Notes: a model not told the origin generated them from the letters alone. Positions 1 to 13,471 are shown, counted from the first letter of the stretch. The stretch is 64,000 nt of DNA from Spirochaetia bacterium (GCA_034520965.1 JAXHMY010000001.1:448001-512000), one strand, 5' to 3'. Program-made: numbers and translations.

Positions 1-1071
<1,071 letters not shown>

Positions 1072-4000
1072 CTAGAACTGGCTCCCTTTTCGATTGATCA
1101 GCTCCTCGTCTCGTTCAGTCAGCGGAATCTGCTTACCCTTGGAATCATAAATAGTTACATCCAAGGCCAGTCCCCGCAGTTCCTGTATCAGTACATTAAA
1201 CGATTCTGGAACCCCTGCGCTGGTTGCCGTCTCTCCCTTCACGATACTCTCGTAAATCTTCGATCGGCCGTTCATATCATCAGATTTTATAGTGAGCAGC
1301 TCCTGGAGCGTATTTGCGGCACCGTAGGCTTCAAGGGCCCAGACCTCCATCTCTCCAAGCCTCTGACCACCGAACTGCGCCTTACCACCCAGCGGCTGCT
1401 GGGTAACCAGTGAGTAGGGTCCGGTTGAGCGGGCATGCATCTTATCGTCGATAAGGTGGTGCAGCTTCAATATATACATCAGCCCTACAAACACTTCATT
1501 CTCAAACAATTCACCAGTCCGGCCGTCCCGTATCTGTGTCTTGGAATTGGCCGGCAAACCGGCCTCTTTAAGCTTCTCGGAAATCATCTCCGGGGTAGCA
1601 GACTGAAAGATCGGAGTATCATACCATTCATCCAGTGCCAAGGCTGCCCATCCAAGCTCATTTTCAAGCAGCTGACCAAGGTTCATTCGCGAAGGAACAC
1701 CCAAGGGGTTCAAACAGATGTCCAAAGGCGTTCCGTCGTTCATGTACGGCATATCCTCTTCCGGCAGCACCAGGGCAACAACACCCTTGTTTCCGTGCCG
1801 CCCGGCCATCTTGTCACCTTCACGCAACTTTCGCTTGGTAGCTATAAGTACTTTCACAACCTCATCTACACCCGGGGTAAGATCATCACCTTCTGAGCGC
1901 TTGAGACGCTGCACATCTATTACGGTTCCTTCGGTTCCGTGGGGAATCCGCAGGGAACTGTCTTTTACTTCTTTTGCTTTTTCACCAAAGATTGAGTTCA
2001 AAAGCTTAAACTCCGGTGTGGTTTCAGTCTCCGACTTAGGAGTAACCTTTCCCACCAGAATCGAGCCGGAACTAACCTTGGCCCCTATACTGGTAATCCC
2101 CTCTTCGTCCAGGTACTCCAGCGCTTTTTCACTCACATTCGGTATATCACAGGTAAGCTTCTCCGGACCAAGCTTCGTCTCGCGGATATCAATGGTGAAC
2201 TCTTTTATATGTATCGAAGTATAAATATCCTCACGTACAACCTTTTCAGAGATAAGAATGGCATCCTCGTAGTTATAACCGTTCCAGGGAACGAAGCCTA
2301 CCATTACGTTACGTCCCAGGGCCAGCTCGCCTTTATCTGTAGCCGGCCCATCCGAAATTACCTGCCCCGCCTCTATTTTCTGGTCATGGTATACCAGGGG
2401 CTTATGGTTAAAACAAGTATCCTGGTTAGTTCGTTGGAACTTGACCAGTTTATATACATCCCGTTCATCCGGATCTTTTGCGTCATCCGGTTTTATCACT
2501 ATGCGCTGGTTATTTACATACTCTACTGTTCCGGCCCGTTTCGCTTTCAACAGTACACCGGAATCGTAGGCTGTCTTACCCTCCATACCGGTTCCAACCC
2601 GCGGCGCTTCTGGAAATACCAGCGGCACAGATTGGCGCTGCATATTCGAGCCCATCAGAGCACGGTTTGCATCATCGTGCTCAAGGAAGGGAATCAATGA
2701 GGTTGCAACTGAAACTACCTGCTTCGGAGAGACGTCCATGTAGGTAATGGACTCCGCCGGCTTGGTGTTATAATCACCCGACTTACGCACCGAAATAAGG
2801 CCATCGACGAATTTTCCATCTTCCCCCAAGTTTGCATTCGCCTGTGCAATAAAGTGTTTTTCTTCATCCATCGCAGACAAATACTCTATATCATCACTTA
2901 CAATACTGTTTTTCACCTTACGGTAAGGAGTCTCAAGAAAACCATACTCATTAACCCTGGTGTAGTTTGCCAGAGAAACAATCAGTCCAATATTCGGACC
3001 TTCAGGGGTTTCAATCGGACACATTCGTCCATAGTGGGTATAGTGTACATCACGTACCTCAAACCCGGCACGCTCGCGGGACAAACCGCCTGGTCCCAGG
3101 GCGTTCAGTCGGCGTTTATGGGTCAATTCGGCCAACGGATTGACCTGATCCATAAACTGGGAAAGCTGACTGGAGCCAAAAAACTCTTTTACCGCCGCAA
3201 CAACCGGCTTTATAGAGACCAGATCCTGGGGTTTGACCGTATCAGTTTCTTTTAGACTCATACGCTCTTTGGCGATTCGCTCCATTCGTGAAAAGGCGGT
3301 TTTCAACTGATTTGCCATTAACTCGCCTACCGAACGAACCCGCCGGTTTCCAAGATGGTCGATATCATCAACATTATCTTCACCAATGTACACTTTAATC
3401 AGGAATTTCATTGTATTGTAGATATCTTCCCTGCTCAGTACCTGGCTTTTATTTTCAAGGTCGTAATCGAACTTTTTATTTAATTTATAACGTCCTACCC
3501 GGCCCAGATCGTACCTTCGTGTACTAAAAAACATCGATTGCAGATCTCTTTCGGCACTTTCAAGGGTAATTGGCTCACCCGGCATTAAGACCGAATACAC
3601 TGCAATCAGAGCATCTTCCTTGGTCGGTTCATCAGCATTTACATCGTCACGGGTAAATTTTACTTCTTCCCGATCAAAACAGTTCAGAATAATAGGCGAA
3701 TGCAGGGATTCGGGGTTTTCATAATCAATGAGGCTCACATCTGTTACACCCGAGTGGAGAAGCTCATCGACATCATGGGGATGCAGTTTTTCACCTGCCC
3801 GGTACAGCTTCTTTTGCTCACCTTCCCGTTCAATCCATACCGACTTCGAGAGAACCCTGCCCACCAGCTCATCACGCCCCTCACGGCTCTCTTTGACCTC
3901 GCTGGATTCGCTCTTATAAAAAACATCAATTATATCTTCTCTGGTATTAAAACCTAGAGCTCGTAAAAACATCGTTCCAAGGATACGCTTTTTACGATCG

Positions 4001-4581
4001 ATTTTTGCGTAAATCAGCTCTTTTTTCTGATCGATTTCAAATTCGAGCCATGAACCTCGATATGGAATAATTCGCGAGGAATACACACCCTTCTCATGCG
4101 AGAAGATTACACCCGGAGAACGGTGAATCTGACTTACCACTACCCGCTCGGCACCATTGATAATAAAGGTCCCCCGGTCTGTCATAAGTGGTATATCGCC
4201 AATATATATATCTTTCTGTCTTATTTCTCCAGTTTCCTGGAAAATAAGGTTTATTTTCGCTTTTATGGGAACAGCATAGGTAAGCCCCTTGAGCTTACAC
4301 TGTTCTTCGTCGAATTTTATATTCTTCTCGTCAAGAGTATAATGGGTATACTCCAGCAGCATATCTCCGTTTGGACTCTCAATCGGAAATACCCCCTGAA
4401 AGACCTCTTCAATACCTTGCAGCAGAAGCGGTTGTCCCGAAAGGAGCCTGTTCCTTTGCAGAAACCGCTCGTACGACGAGAGTTGTATGTCGATGAGATT
4501 AGGGAGTTTCATGACTTCACGAAACTCTTCCCCAATATATGTTCTCTTTCTTATGGCTTGGCTGCCTGGAAGCATCACCAC
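1072..4581 (-). CDS. rpoB: RNA polymerase beta subunit
   Basis: 1169-aa ORF with [62 protein letters not shown]. Confidence 0.99.
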   Translation of the reverse strand: MVMLPGSQAIRKRTYIGEEFREVMKLPNLIDIQLSSYERFLQRNRLLSGQPLLLQGIEEVFQGVFPIESPNGDMLLEYTHYTLDEKNIKFDEEQCKLKGLTYAVPIKAKINLIFQETGEIRQKDIYIGDIPLMTDRGTFIINGAERVVVSQIHRSPGVIFSHEKGVYSSRIIPYRGSWLEFEIDQKKELIYAKIDRKKRILGTMFLRALGFNTREDIIDVFYKSESSEVKESREGRDELVGRVLSKSVWIEREGEQKKLYRAGEKLHPHDVDELLHSGVTDVSLIDYENPESLHSPIILNCFDREEVKFTRDDVNADEPTKEDALIAVYSVLMPGEPITLESAERDLQSMFFSTRRYDLGRVGRYKLNKKFDYDLENKSQVLSREDIYNTMKFLIKVYIGEDNVDDIDHLGNRRVRSVGELMANQLKTAFSRMERIAKERMSLKETDTVKPQDLVSIKPVVAAVKEFFGSSQLSQFMDQVNPLAELTHKRRLNALGPGGLSRERAGFEVRDVHYTHYGRMCPIETPEGPNIGLIVSLANYTRVNEYGFLETPYRKVKNSIVSDDIEYLSAMDEEKHFIAQANANLGEDGKFVDGLISVRKSGDYNTKPAESITYMDVSPKQVVSVATSLIPFLEHDDANRALMGSNMQRQSVPLVFPEAPRVGTGMEGKTAYDSGVLLKAKRAGTVEYVNNQRIVIKPDDAKDPDERDVYKLVKFQRTNQDTCFNHKPLVYHDQKIEAGQVISDGPATDKGELALGRNVMVGFVPWNGYNYEDAILISEKVVREDIYTSIHIKEFTIDIRETKLGPEKLTCDIPNVSEKALEYLDEEGITSIGAKVSSGSILVGKVTPKSETETTPEFKLLNSIFGEKAKEVKDSSLRIPHGTEGTVIDVQRLKRSEGDDLTPGVDEVVKVLIATKRKLREGDKMAGRHGNKGVVALVLPEEDMPYMNDGTPLDICLNPLGVPSRMNLGQLLENELGWAALALDEWYDTPIFQSATPEMISEKLKEAGLPANSKTQIRDGRTGELFENEVFVGLMYILKLHHLIDDKMHARSTGPYSLVTQQPLGGKAQFGGQRLGEMEVWALEAYGAANTLQELLTIKSDDMNGRSKIYESIVKGETATSAGVPESFNVLIQELRGLALDVTIYDSKGKQIPLTERDEELINRKGSQF

Positions 4582-4642
4582 CCCCTGGTAAAAACACCCC
4601 GCTCAACGGACGTCGGAGTTAGATGGATTTTTTATTCTAAGA

Positions 4643-4685
4643 CACAATCGGCCACCAGACACATTGCGGTCTGGTGGCGCTTGTG
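4643..4685 (-). terminator. Stem-loop between rplL and rpoB (attenuator/processing-like)
   Basis: CACAA..GCCACCAGAC-loop-GTCTGGTGGC..TTGTG inverted repeat; same position as the E. coli rplL-rpoB attenuator. Confidence 0.5.
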
Positions 4686-4722
4686 GGTACTACTAAATTG
4701 TATGTGCGTTACCGAGAAGCTG

Positions 4723-5106
4723 TTATTTAACTTCAACAACTCCGCCGGCCGCCTCAAGTTTTTCTTTCATTGTATTCGCATCTTCCTTGGATATGCCCTC
4801 TTTCAGAGCCTTATCACCGGATTCAACAATATCCTTAGCTTCTTTCAGACCAAGACCTGTAATGGCGCGAACCTCTTTAATTACAGGGATCTTCTTGCCG
4901 TCGGCAACACCCTTGAGGATCACATCAAACTCAGTCTGCTCTTCTTCCTCAGCACCGCCGGCAGCAGGAGCTGCAGCTGCTGCTGCAACAGGAGCCGCTG
5001 CGGTAACACCGAACTTCTCTTCCATTGCAGTAATTAGTTCAGATACTTCCAACACAGTCATGTTGGAGATAGCTTCTAAAATGTCTTCTTTCTTCAAATC
5101 TGCCAT
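4723..5106 (-). CDS. rplL: 50S ribosomal protein L7/L12
   Basis: [25 protein letters not shown]...EFDVIL...[21 protein letters not shown] before ATG 5106. Confidence 0.98.
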   Translation of the reverse strand: MADLKKEDILEAISNMTVLEVSELITAMEEKFGVTAAAPVAAAAAAPAAGGAEEEEQTEFDVILKGVADGKKIPVIKEVRAITGLGLKEAKDIVESGDKALKEGISKEDANTMKEKLEAAGGVVEVK

Positions 5107-5257
5107 ATTAACTTCTCCTTTAATTATCGACGATAGCATGGCTGTAAGCGAAGGCTAACGCCGTTGTATATATGTTTAACTGCAAACTGCAGTCTATTAA
5201 TAGCCGTATACGGCTATTTTCGTCGTTTCGCTTGCCGCAGAGCGACATACGAAACTA

Positions 5258-5797
5258 TTAAGATTCTTCTTGCTTTTTATCCGCCACAGCCTGCAATACC
5301 CGTACAAGTTTCTGGGGAACCGCATTCAAGGTATAGACGAAGTTCTGGATAGGTGCATTCATCGTACCCATAAGTTTGGCGATAAGCTCGTCCCGGGTGG
5401 GCAACTTACTGAACGCTTCCATTTGGAGCACATCAAAGACGTCTCCGCCGATGATTCCACCCTTTATTTCAACAGGGTTCTCTTTCCCGAACTCAACCAG
5501 AATTTTAGCTGCCGGACCCGCCTCTTTTCTTGGAAGGGCAACCGCCGTAGGACCAATCAACAGATCGTCTACTTGCGGCTGCTCCAGCTCTTTCAGAGCA
5601 ATTTTTGCATAGCGGTTCTTTACAACCCGCAGTGCAGTATCCTCTTCACGCAGTTTGTTCCTAAGCTCAGAAATTTGAGAAACACTCAAACCACGATAAT
5701 TGGTAAATATATAGTCTGCGGACTCCTGAAACATCTCTTTGAGTTGATTTACCGCATCTGTCTTCTCTTTATTAATCCTGGTTACATATTCTGCCAT
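5258..5797 (-). CDS. rplJ: 50S ribosomal protein L10
   Basis: NYRGLSVSQISELRNKLR, VVKNR, SKLPTRDELIAKL; operon position. Confidence 0.98.
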   Translation of the reverse strand: MAEYVTRINKEKTDAVNQLKEMFQESADYIFTNYRGLSVSQISELRNKLREEDTALRVVKNRYAKIALKELEQPQVDDLLIGPTAVALPRKEAGPAAKILVEFGKENPVEIKGGIIGGDVFDVLQMEAFSKLPTRDELIAKLMGTMNAPIQNFVYTLNAVPQKLVRVLQAVADKKQEES

Positions 5798-5821
5798 AGT
5801 ATTATCTCCTTCGGCGGTACT

Positions 5822-6502
5822 TTACGCCAGTTCCCGGTATTCTAACTTTACACCCGGCCCCATCGTAGAGGACACATATACCGTCCGCATAAACTCACCC
5901 TTTGCGTCGGAAGGTCGCTTTTTCGCGATCTCTCCCAATACTGCATTGATGTTCTCAAGCACCTGAGCCTTCTCCATTGAGACCTTTCCAATAGAAAAGT
6001 GAACAACACCTGTTTTGTCGGAGCGGTATTCAACACGTCCCTTTTTCAATTCGTCAAGCGCAGCCTTTACCTCAAAGGTTACAGTCTGCGTTTTAGGGTT
6101 CGGCATCAAACCTTTGCGACCAAGGATCGGACCCAATCGGCCTACATCCTTCATCATATCGGGAGTTGCTACCGCCACATCAAAATCAAGCCAGCCACCC
6201 TGAATCTTTTCAATCAGATCAGAATCGCCAACGTATGCAGCACCGGCTTCACGGGCCTCTTCGGCCTTCTCACCCTTGGCAAACACAAGTATTTTTTTCT
6301 CACCCTTGAATTGGTTGGGCAAAACCAGCGTATCACGTACGGTCTGGCTTTTTTTCAGATTAAGTTTTACTGAAAGCTCAATCGTCTCATCAAAACTAGC
6401 AAAAGAGAGTTCCTTTACCAGATCTACCCCTTCCTGGAGGGGATATTCCTTTTCCCGGTCAACCTTCTGCAGGGCATCTTTAAACTTCTTACCGTGTCTC
6501 AT
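5822..6502 (-). CDS. rplA: 50S ribosomal protein L1
   Basis: [40 protein letters not shown]. Confidence 0.98.
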   Translation of the reverse strand: MRHGKKFKDALQKVDREKEYPLQEGVDLVKELSFASFDETIELSVKLNLKKSQTVRDTLVLPNQFKGEKKILVFAKGEKAEEAREAGAAYVGDSDLIEKIQGGWLDFDVAVATPDMMKDVGRLGPILGRKGLMPNPKTQTVTFEVKAALDELKKGRVEYRSDKTGVVHFSIGKVSMEKAQVLENINAVLGEIAKKRPSDAKGEFMRTVYVSSTMGPGVKLEYRELA

Positions 6503-6936
6503 TTGCCGACCTCCACTTCAACACCCATGCTTCGCGCAGTGCCAGCAACAATTTTCATAGCTGCTTTGATATCATTTGCATTTAAGTCCGGCATTTTCAT
6601 TTCAGCGATCTCTTTTACCTTACTTTCCGGAATTTTTGCAACTTTTATCTTATGCGGTTCAGCTGAGCCGCTGTCAATGTTACAGGCCTTCTTGATTAAG
6701 ACGGCCGCCGGAGGGGTTTTTGTGATAAAAGAGAAACTTCGATCTGAAAATACGGTAATTTCTACCGGAATTGTCAAACCCGCTTCAATGTCACCGGTAC
6801 GCTCGTTAAACTGCTGCACGAACTGCGGCGCACTGACCCCGTGAGGGCCCAGAGCAGGACCAACCGGCGGAGCCGGAGTAGCCTTTTGCGCCGGTACCTG
6901 CAACTTAATAACCGCAGTTACCTTCTTCTTCGCCAT
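6499..6936 (-). CDS. rplK: 50S ribosomal protein L11
   Basis: [29 protein letters not shown]. Confidence 0.98.
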   Translation of the reverse strand: MAKKKVTAVIKLQVPAQKATPAPPVGPALGPHGVSAPQFVQQFNERTGDIEAGLTIPVEITVFSDRSFSFITKTPPAAVLIKKACNIDSGSAEPHKIKVAKIPESKVKEIAEMKMPDLNANDIKAAMKIVAGTARSMGVEVEVGK

Positions 6937-6953
6937 AGTATAATCTCCATATC

Positions 6954-6990
6954 GTGGTATTATCGTCCGTATGTTTCAACAGACTCCCAT
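6954..6990 (-). promoter_or_regulatory. Putative L1-binding autoregulatory leader upstream of rplK
   Basis: Minus strand TGGGAG-TCTGT..ACGGA-CGATAATACCAC resembles the L1 operator fold found before rplK in many bacteria. Confidence 0.55.
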
Positions 6991-7025
6991 CAGCCCCTTC
7001 GACGAAGGAGCATATTCAGACTCTC

Positions 7026-7580
7026 TTAAATCTTTTCTACCTGCAGAAAGTCAACTTCCACCGGTGTGGAACGGCCGAAAATACCGACCGACACCCGCAG
7101 CTTGCCTTTCTCTAGATTTACCTCTTCAATGGTACCGGTAAAGGTATCAAAAGGGCCCTCTATTATCCGGACCGCCTCACCAGCTATAAAGTCCTGCTTT
7201 GGTTTAGCAACCTTATCGGAGCGTATTTCACCAGTTTTTTGCAGTATTGATCGTGCTTCGTCTGGTGAAATCGGCTGTGGTTTTGAGCCACCCATAGAAC
7301 CGACAAAACCGGTTACACCCTGAATTTTTCGAATGTGCGAACAAATGCTCTTCCAGCCTTGTTCCGGCAAATCCATCTCTAACAGGATATATCCGGGTAA
7401 AAACTTCTTGTTAGTTACTTTCCGCTTACCGTCTTTTACTTCTACTACTTCTTCCGAAGGCACCTTTACATCGGCGATAACTTCATCGAAAGGGGGCTGT
7501 TCCCTAAGCTTTCGAATGAACTTCTCTACCTTATTTTCGTGCCCAGAATAGGTATGTAGGACGTACCATCCTTTCGCCAT
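7026..7580 (-). CDS. nusG: Transcription termination/antitermination factor NusG
   Basis: WYVLHTYSGHENKV, KKFLPGYIL, KOW motif, IFGRSTPVEVDF. Confidence 0.98.
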   Translation of the reverse strand: MAKGWYVLHTYSGHENKVEKFIRKLREQPPFDEVIADVKVPSEEVVEVKDGKRKVTNKKFLPGYILLEMDLPEQGWKSICSHIRKIQGVTGFVGSMGGSKPQPISPDEARSILQKTGEIRSDKVAKPKQDFIAGEAVRIIEGPFDTFTGTIEEVNLEKGKLRVSVGIFGRSTPVEVDFLQVEKI

Positions 7581-7656
7581 TTCCTTATCCTCTTCCCTTC
7601 TCCAAAAAATAACACAAACTTTCCGATGTGTATTCCGTACAGGGGATAAATGCGAC

Positions 7657-7836
7657 CTAAAAAACTAAGTCCATACCTTTCAGGAGAAGGAAATCAACTA
7701 CACCAAGTACTAAGGCGAAGGCTATCACCGAAATGATTACCACTTTTGTTGATGACGCCACATCCTCTCGGCTTGGCCACACCACCCGTTTTAATTCAGC
7801 GTAACTCTCTTTAAAAAACTGTATGATCTTCTTCAT
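7657..7836 (-). CDS. secE: Preprotein translocase subunit SecE (59 aa, below ORF-track cutoff)
   Basis: Manual translation MKKIIQFFKESYAELKRVVWPSREDVASSTKVVIISVIAFALVLGVVDFLLLKGMDLVF. Confidence 0.95.
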   Translation of the reverse strand: MKKIIQFFKESYAELKRVVWPSREDVASSTKVVIISVIAFALVLGVVDFLLLKGMDLVF

Positions 7837-7868
7837 TTCGTCATTCCCCTCATGTTTAACAAAAAAAG

Positions 7869-7942
7869 CAGGCCAGGTAGGATTCGAACCTACAACATCC
7901 GGTTTTGGAGACCGGCGCTCTAGCCGTTGGAGCTACTGGCCT
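7869..7942 (-). tRNA. trnW: tRNA-Trp (CCA)
   Basis: Cloverleaf AGGCCAG...CTCCAAA...GGTTCGAATCC...CTGGCCT; canonical position between rpmG and secE. Confidence 0.95.
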
Positions 7943-7951
7943 GTGTGAGGT

Positions 7952-8128
7952 CTACTTAATTTTTGACTCTTTATGCAGCGTGTGTTTTTGATCAAAACGA
8001 CAATACTTACTGAACTCCAACTTTCCCTGGATATTACGCCGATTCTTGGTCGTTGTATAGTTTCTGCGACCACACTCACTGCATTTCAGCGCAATCTTCT
8101 CTATATTACCTTTTTTCTTACTCGCCAT
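7952..8128 (-). CDS. rpmG: 50S ribosomal protein L33 (58 aa)
   Basis: Manual translation [58 protein letters not shown]. Confidence 0.95.
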   Translation of the reverse strand: MASKKKGNIEKIALKCSECGRRNYTTTKNRRNIQGKLEFSKYCRFDQKHTLHKESKIK

Positions 8129-8246
8129 TGTAGATTACTCCTGTAATGATCGCTACTGCATACAAAAAGAAAAGCCTATTTCTCCATGCCATCCTAGAAG
8201 GGACAGCTTATCTAACTAGCCATATAATGTCAAGCAGAGTACGGAG

Positions 8247-8297
8247 AGCATTCGCAATGTGAAAATTTTTGGAAAATTTTCACATTGCGAATTGCTG
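8247..8297. repeat. 51-bp palindromic element, copy 1
   Basis: 19-bp perfect arms TTCGCAATGTGAAAATTTT / AAAATTTTCACATTGCGAA; near-identical copy at 34696-34746. Confidence 0.8.
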
Positions 8298-8312
8298 CGG
8301 AGAGATGCTTCG

Positions 8313-8385
8313 AGCCCTCGATCGGATTTGAACCGATGACCCCATCCTTACCATGGATGTGCTCTACCGACTGAGCTACAAGGGC
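8313..8385 (-). tRNA. trnT: tRNA-Thr (GGT)
   Basis: GCCCTTG-TAGCTCAGTCGGTAGAGC...ATGGTAA...GGTTCAAATCC...CGAGGGC; TTGACA-17-TACTTT promoter about 8404-8432. Confidence 0.95.
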
Positions 8386-8556
8386 TTAAAAGTGACTGGG
8401 AAAAAGTACCAAAGCCGGCCTTTTTTGTCAATACCAGCTGTTATAAATATATGGATTGTGTGATCTTTTTAAGTGCGGCCGCATTGGCAGGCCACTTGCG
8501 GGGCACTTACAGAGCACTTGTCATTTTTATCTGTACTCACTACTATCCTGTATAAG

Positions 8557-10107
8557 ATGCCTCATAGCGGAATACACTATAGACGAAAATTACAAGAACT
8601 CACCCTGCTGTTTGAAATAAGCCAAACCCTGGATCGGAGTCTCGATCGTAACAGGTGATTCTCCCGGTACTGAGACAGCTAAAAGAGCATATGGGGCTTT
8701 CCCATGGAACCGTAACCCTGCTGAACCGGCAAACAGGGCTCATCACTGTGGAAGCTGCAGCGGGTATTGCCCGGGATTCTCAGTCACAAGTGGTCTACAG
8801 CCCCGGGGAAGGAGTTACCGGTAAGGTAGTTCAATCCGGTAAACCGATGGTAATTCCAAATATACAGGAAGAAACCGATTTTCTCGATAAAACAGGGGTG
8901 CATCGCGAAATCGACGGTCAGGCGGTGGCCTTCATTTGTGTACCGGTTATGACCAACAAGGATATTCTAGGGGCACTCAGTGCCGATAGGGCCGACGGAA
9001 GTCCTCAGAGCCTGGATGACGATGTTCGGCTGCTGTCCATTGTTGCATCCATGATCGCCCAAGCGGTAAAACTCCGCCGCAGCGTTCAGGAAGAGCGTGA
9101 GCGCCTCACGGATGGAAAACCGCCGACTGAAGGACCAGCTGGAAGAGAAATTCAGACCCAAAAACATCATCGGCAACAGTGCCGCTATGAAAGAGGTGTT
9201 CAACCTGATGGCCCAGGTATCCGGAAGCGAGGCATCGGTACTGATCCGCGGTGAGAGCGGCACCGGGAAAGAGCTGATTGCGCTGGCCATTCACTACAAC
9301 AGCCCCCGATCCGAAGGGCCCTTTGTAAAGGTCAACTGCTCTGCCCTACCTGAGACGGTAATTGAAAGCGAGTTGTTTGGTCACGAAGGGAGCCTTTACG
9401 GGTGCAGTCCAAACCCGGAAAGGACGTTTTGAGCTGGCCGATGGAGGTACCATCTTTCTCAGACGAGAATAGGAGACCTGCCTCTATCTATTCAGGTTAA
9501 ACTGCTGCGGGTTCTGCAGGAACGGGAGTTTGAACGGGTGGGAGGCAACCATACTCAACGGGTAAATGTAAGGATTATCACTGCAACCCACCGGAATTTG
9601 GAACAGATGATAGAGAAAAACGAGTTCCGGGAAGACTTGTACTACCGTTTGAATGTATTTCCCCTTCACGTACCCCCGCTGAGGGACCGCAAAAGCGATA
9701 TTACCTTATTGGCAGATTATTTTGCCGAGAAATACAGCACTAAGAACAACAAGGAGATCCGCAGGATCTCTACTCCGGCCATTGAACTACTCTCCTCGTA
9801 CCACTGGCCGGGGAATGTGCGCGAACTGGAGAACTGTATCGAACGGGCAGTACTTTTGAGTACCGATGGGGTGATTCATGGTCATCTTATGCCGCCCACC
9901 CTGCAGTCGGCCGAATCTACCAACACCCTTCTACATAAAACCCTGGAAGAAGAGCTCGAACGGTTTGAAAAGGAGATCCTCCTGGATGCGCTAAAATCAA
10001 GCAAGGGGAATGCCGCCCGGGCAGCCCGCATTTTGGGACTCACTGAAAGAAAAATCGGGTTACGAATTTCTAAATACGGCATTGATTCCCGCCGCTTCCG
10101 CTCTTAA
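8557..10107 (+). CDS. NifA-like sigma54-dependent activator (GAF-AAA+-HTH), split by several frameshifts
   Basis: GAF pieces (8557-9110), [17 protein letters not shown] followed by GAFTGA after a shift, [25 protein letters not shown], Fis-type HTH; pieces lie in different frames. Confidence 0.85.
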
Positions 10108-10146
10108 ATTTTAAGTATGTCCCAAGCTACTCTTTAAGGAGATTCC

Positions 10147-12732
10147 ATGAGTACTAAAGAACCGACCAACAAGGCTTCAAAATCAAATTCTGATACCGTG
10201 AAAAACACACCGGAGGCAGCCGAAGGACTCTACAACAGCCGTCACGGAAAAGATGGTACGTCGGTAAGCTGGGGCTTTGCAGAACACCTCAAATATACCC
10301 TGGGCGCCGACCGCTTTAATGCCACCTCGCGCGACCAGTTTATGGCACTGGCTTATGCAATTCGCGACCGCATTATGCATCAATGGCTAAAAACAAAACA
10401 AACCCACTACCAACAGGATGTGAAACGGGCTTACTACCTGTCCATGGAGTTTCTGATGGGCCGCGCCATGGGCAACAACATTATCAACATGGAGTTGAAA
10501 GGAGAAGTTCAGCAGGCCCTGGAGGAACTCGGGTACCGCTATGAAGAACTGGCTGAACAGGAGGTTGATGCCGGACTGGGAAACGGTGGCCTCGGGCGAT
10601 TGGCCGCCTGCTTTCTCGATTCAATGGCAACCATGGATCTGCCGGCCTACGGCTATGGTTTGCGCTACGACTACGGGATTTTTCGTCAAAAAATAGACAA
10701 CGGCTACCAGATTGAGCAGCCCGATGACTGGCTGCGATGGGAGAACCCCTGGGAAATCGAGAGGCCCGAGCACGCGGTCGATGTGACTTTGGAGGACGGG
10801 TAGAACCGATGCTGGAGCACGGCACCCGGATATACCGCTGGATCAATGCCCAGTCGGTGAAAGGGATTCCCTACGATATGCCGATTGTCGGTTACGGGGG
10901 AGCCACGGTAAACACCCTTCGTCTTTGGTCTGCCCGGGCGGCGGAGGAGTTCGATTTCGAGGATTTTAACGCCGGCGACTATGTTGAAGCGGTCAGCGCC
11001 AAGGTGATGGCTGAAAACCTGACCAAGGTGCTCTACCCGAACGACAAGCTTTATTTAGGCAAGGAACTCCGGTTGAAGCAGCAGTACTTTTTTGTCTCCT
11101 GTTCACTGCAGGACATTCTGCGCCGATTCAAGCGCGGCTCCCACAACTGGGAGGAGTTTCCCAAATATGCCGCTATACAGCTCAATGATACCCACCCCTC
11201 GCTGGCGGTACCCGAGTTGATGCGACTGTTGATTGACGAGGAGGGATTGCGCTGGAACCGCGCCTGGAATATTACCGTCAAAACCTTAGGCTATACAAAC
11301 CGCACCCTGATGCCGGAGGCACTGGAGAAGTGGCCTGTGCCGATGCTGGACCACCTACTCCCGCGTCATCTGCAGATTATCTACGAAATCAATCATCGTT
11401 TTCTGCAGAAAGCTATAACGGTATTTCCTCAAGATATGAAAAAAATACGCCGGGTAAGTCTGGTTGAAGAGACTACTCCTAAGCAGATCCGTATGGCCCA
11501 CCTGTCAATAGTAGGCTCTCACTCTACTAATGGGGTGGCGGAGCTGCACACTAAACTGCTGAAAAAGCGTCTGGTCCCCGAACTGGCGGCAATTTTTCCT
11601 GAGCGTTTTAACAGCAAAACTAACGGTATCACTCAACGTCGCTTTCTGCTGCATGCAAACCCGCCATTGGCAGAGCTTATCAGCAGCACCATCGGCGATG
11701 AATGGATTACGGATTTATCAAAAATTTCTAAATTGAAGCAGCATATCGACGATCCGGAACTTCAAGAAGCCTACGGCAGGGTAAAACGACAGGCCAAGGC
11801 AAAGCTCTCCGACTATATCCATAAAACCCATGGTTGGGTTATTGACCCGGACAGCTTTTTTGATGTTCAGGTGAAGCGTATGCATGAATACAAGCGACAG
11901 CTGCTCAACGCGCTCCATATTGTCATTTTGTACAACCGGATGCGAAGGGGCAACCCGGATGATTTTGCCCCGCGAACTTACTTGTTCGCCGGCAAGGCTG
12001 CACCCGGGTATGCTATGGCTGAACTGATAATCAAGTTTATCAACAACATTGCTGCGGTCATTAGGCTACGGATGCCGAGCTTAAAGGACGGTTAAAGGTA
12101 CACTTTCTACCTAACTATAGTGTCTCTTTGGCGGGAGGAATCATACCTGCCACCGATCTCTCCGAAAGCAAAATCTCTACCGCGGGAACGGAGGCTTCGG
12201 GAACCGGCAACATGAAGTTTATGTGTAACGGAGCTCTGACTATAGGGACTATGGACGGGGCCAATATAGAAATAGTGGAAGAGGCGGGACGGGAAAATGC
12301 CTTTATCTTTGGTATGTCTGCAGATGAAGTGGCCGAGCTGGCACCCACCTACAATCCCTCACCTTTTACGCGGATAATGAGGAAATAAAAACGGCGGTAG
12401 ACCTGATTTTCTCCGGACATTTTAATTTTTCCGAACCGGGGCTTTTTGAACCCCTGCGGCAGGCACTGTTTGAGCAGGGAGACCAATACATGCACTTGGC
12501 CGACCTGCCGTCCTATTGCCGGGCCCAGGATGCCGCAATTGGTCTGTATAATGATCATCGAAACGAGTGGAACCGCAAGGCCCTCATTAATATAGCATCT
12601 TCAGGGAAGTTCTCTTCCGACAGAACCATAGGCCAGTATGCTCAGGAGATTTGGGATGTAAAAGCCTGTCATGTTGATAAGGATATCGACCCCTGTGACA
12701 CGCTGGAGAATGCAAAGAATGTCAAAGAGTAG
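10147..12732 (+). CDS. glgP: Glycogen/starch phosphorylase, frameshifted (about 10790, 12070-12170, 12360)
   Basis: [69 protein letters not shown] across consecutive ORFs. Confidence 0.93.
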
Positions 12733-12750
12733 CTGAAACTAACGCTGAAA

Positions 12751-13471
12751 CTAGAAGGAAAACTGCTGTAAAAACGGAACTACGTATGGATCTAGGGTAG
12801 TGAACACGAGCACCACCAATAAAGCCGGCAGAAAGTTGCCGGTTTTTATGTCATGCAGTTTCAGCAGATTCATTCCTATCATTAGAATCAAAATACCACC
12901 GGTCCCGGAAATTTCAGCCAGCCCAAGTTCGCCGATAAGCGGCCCGATTACTCCGGCCAGCAGGGTTAAACCGCCCTGATACACAAGAATCGTTATAACC
13001 GAGAACATCACCCCGATTCCCATGGCGGCGGTAAACATAATCGCCATAAACCCGTCCAGTACCGATTTCATCAAAATCAAATCGTAATTTCCCTCGGCAC
13101 CGGCTTTGATAGCACCCACAATCGTTAAAGCCCCTACACAAAACAGCACCGATGCATCCAAAAAGCCCTGGGCAAAATTAGCACCGCTTTCTTCATTTTT
13201 TACGAAGCTGCGCTGCAGCCAGCGGCCGAAGCTCATTTGTCCCGCCCTCTATGTTCCAGGCAGTACCAAGCATTCCCCCAAGAATCACCGCCAGAGCCAT
13301 ATAGACAATCCGCTGTGATTCAAAGGTCATCTGCATACCGATGGCCAGAGAAATGAGGCCGGCACCTATGTACACAACCTCTTTGATTTTAGGACTCATA
13401 TTTTTGCGCAGCAGAAGCCCTACCGAAGAACCGATTATAACTGCAATACAATTAACTATTGTGGCTATCAT
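12751..13471 (-). CDS. DUF554 (YdfK-like) membrane protein, one frameshift near 13240
   Basis: MIATIVNCIAVIIGSSVG, ASVLFCVGALTIVGAI, KSVLDGF, GNFLPAL. Confidence 0.85.

Noticed and set aside
4096..5037. 313-aa plus-strand ORF and similar long antisense ORFs (e.g. 39064-39843, 55080-55712)
   Set aside because: They shadow well-supported genes on the opposite strand and have no recognisable motifs.
8129..8400. Absence of tuf between tRNA-Thr and rpmG
   Set aside because: As I recall, tuf lies elsewhere in spirochaete genomes, so this is expected.
8557..10107. Nitrogen fixation locus
   Set aside because: Only a NifA-like architecture is present; there are no nif structural genes in the window.
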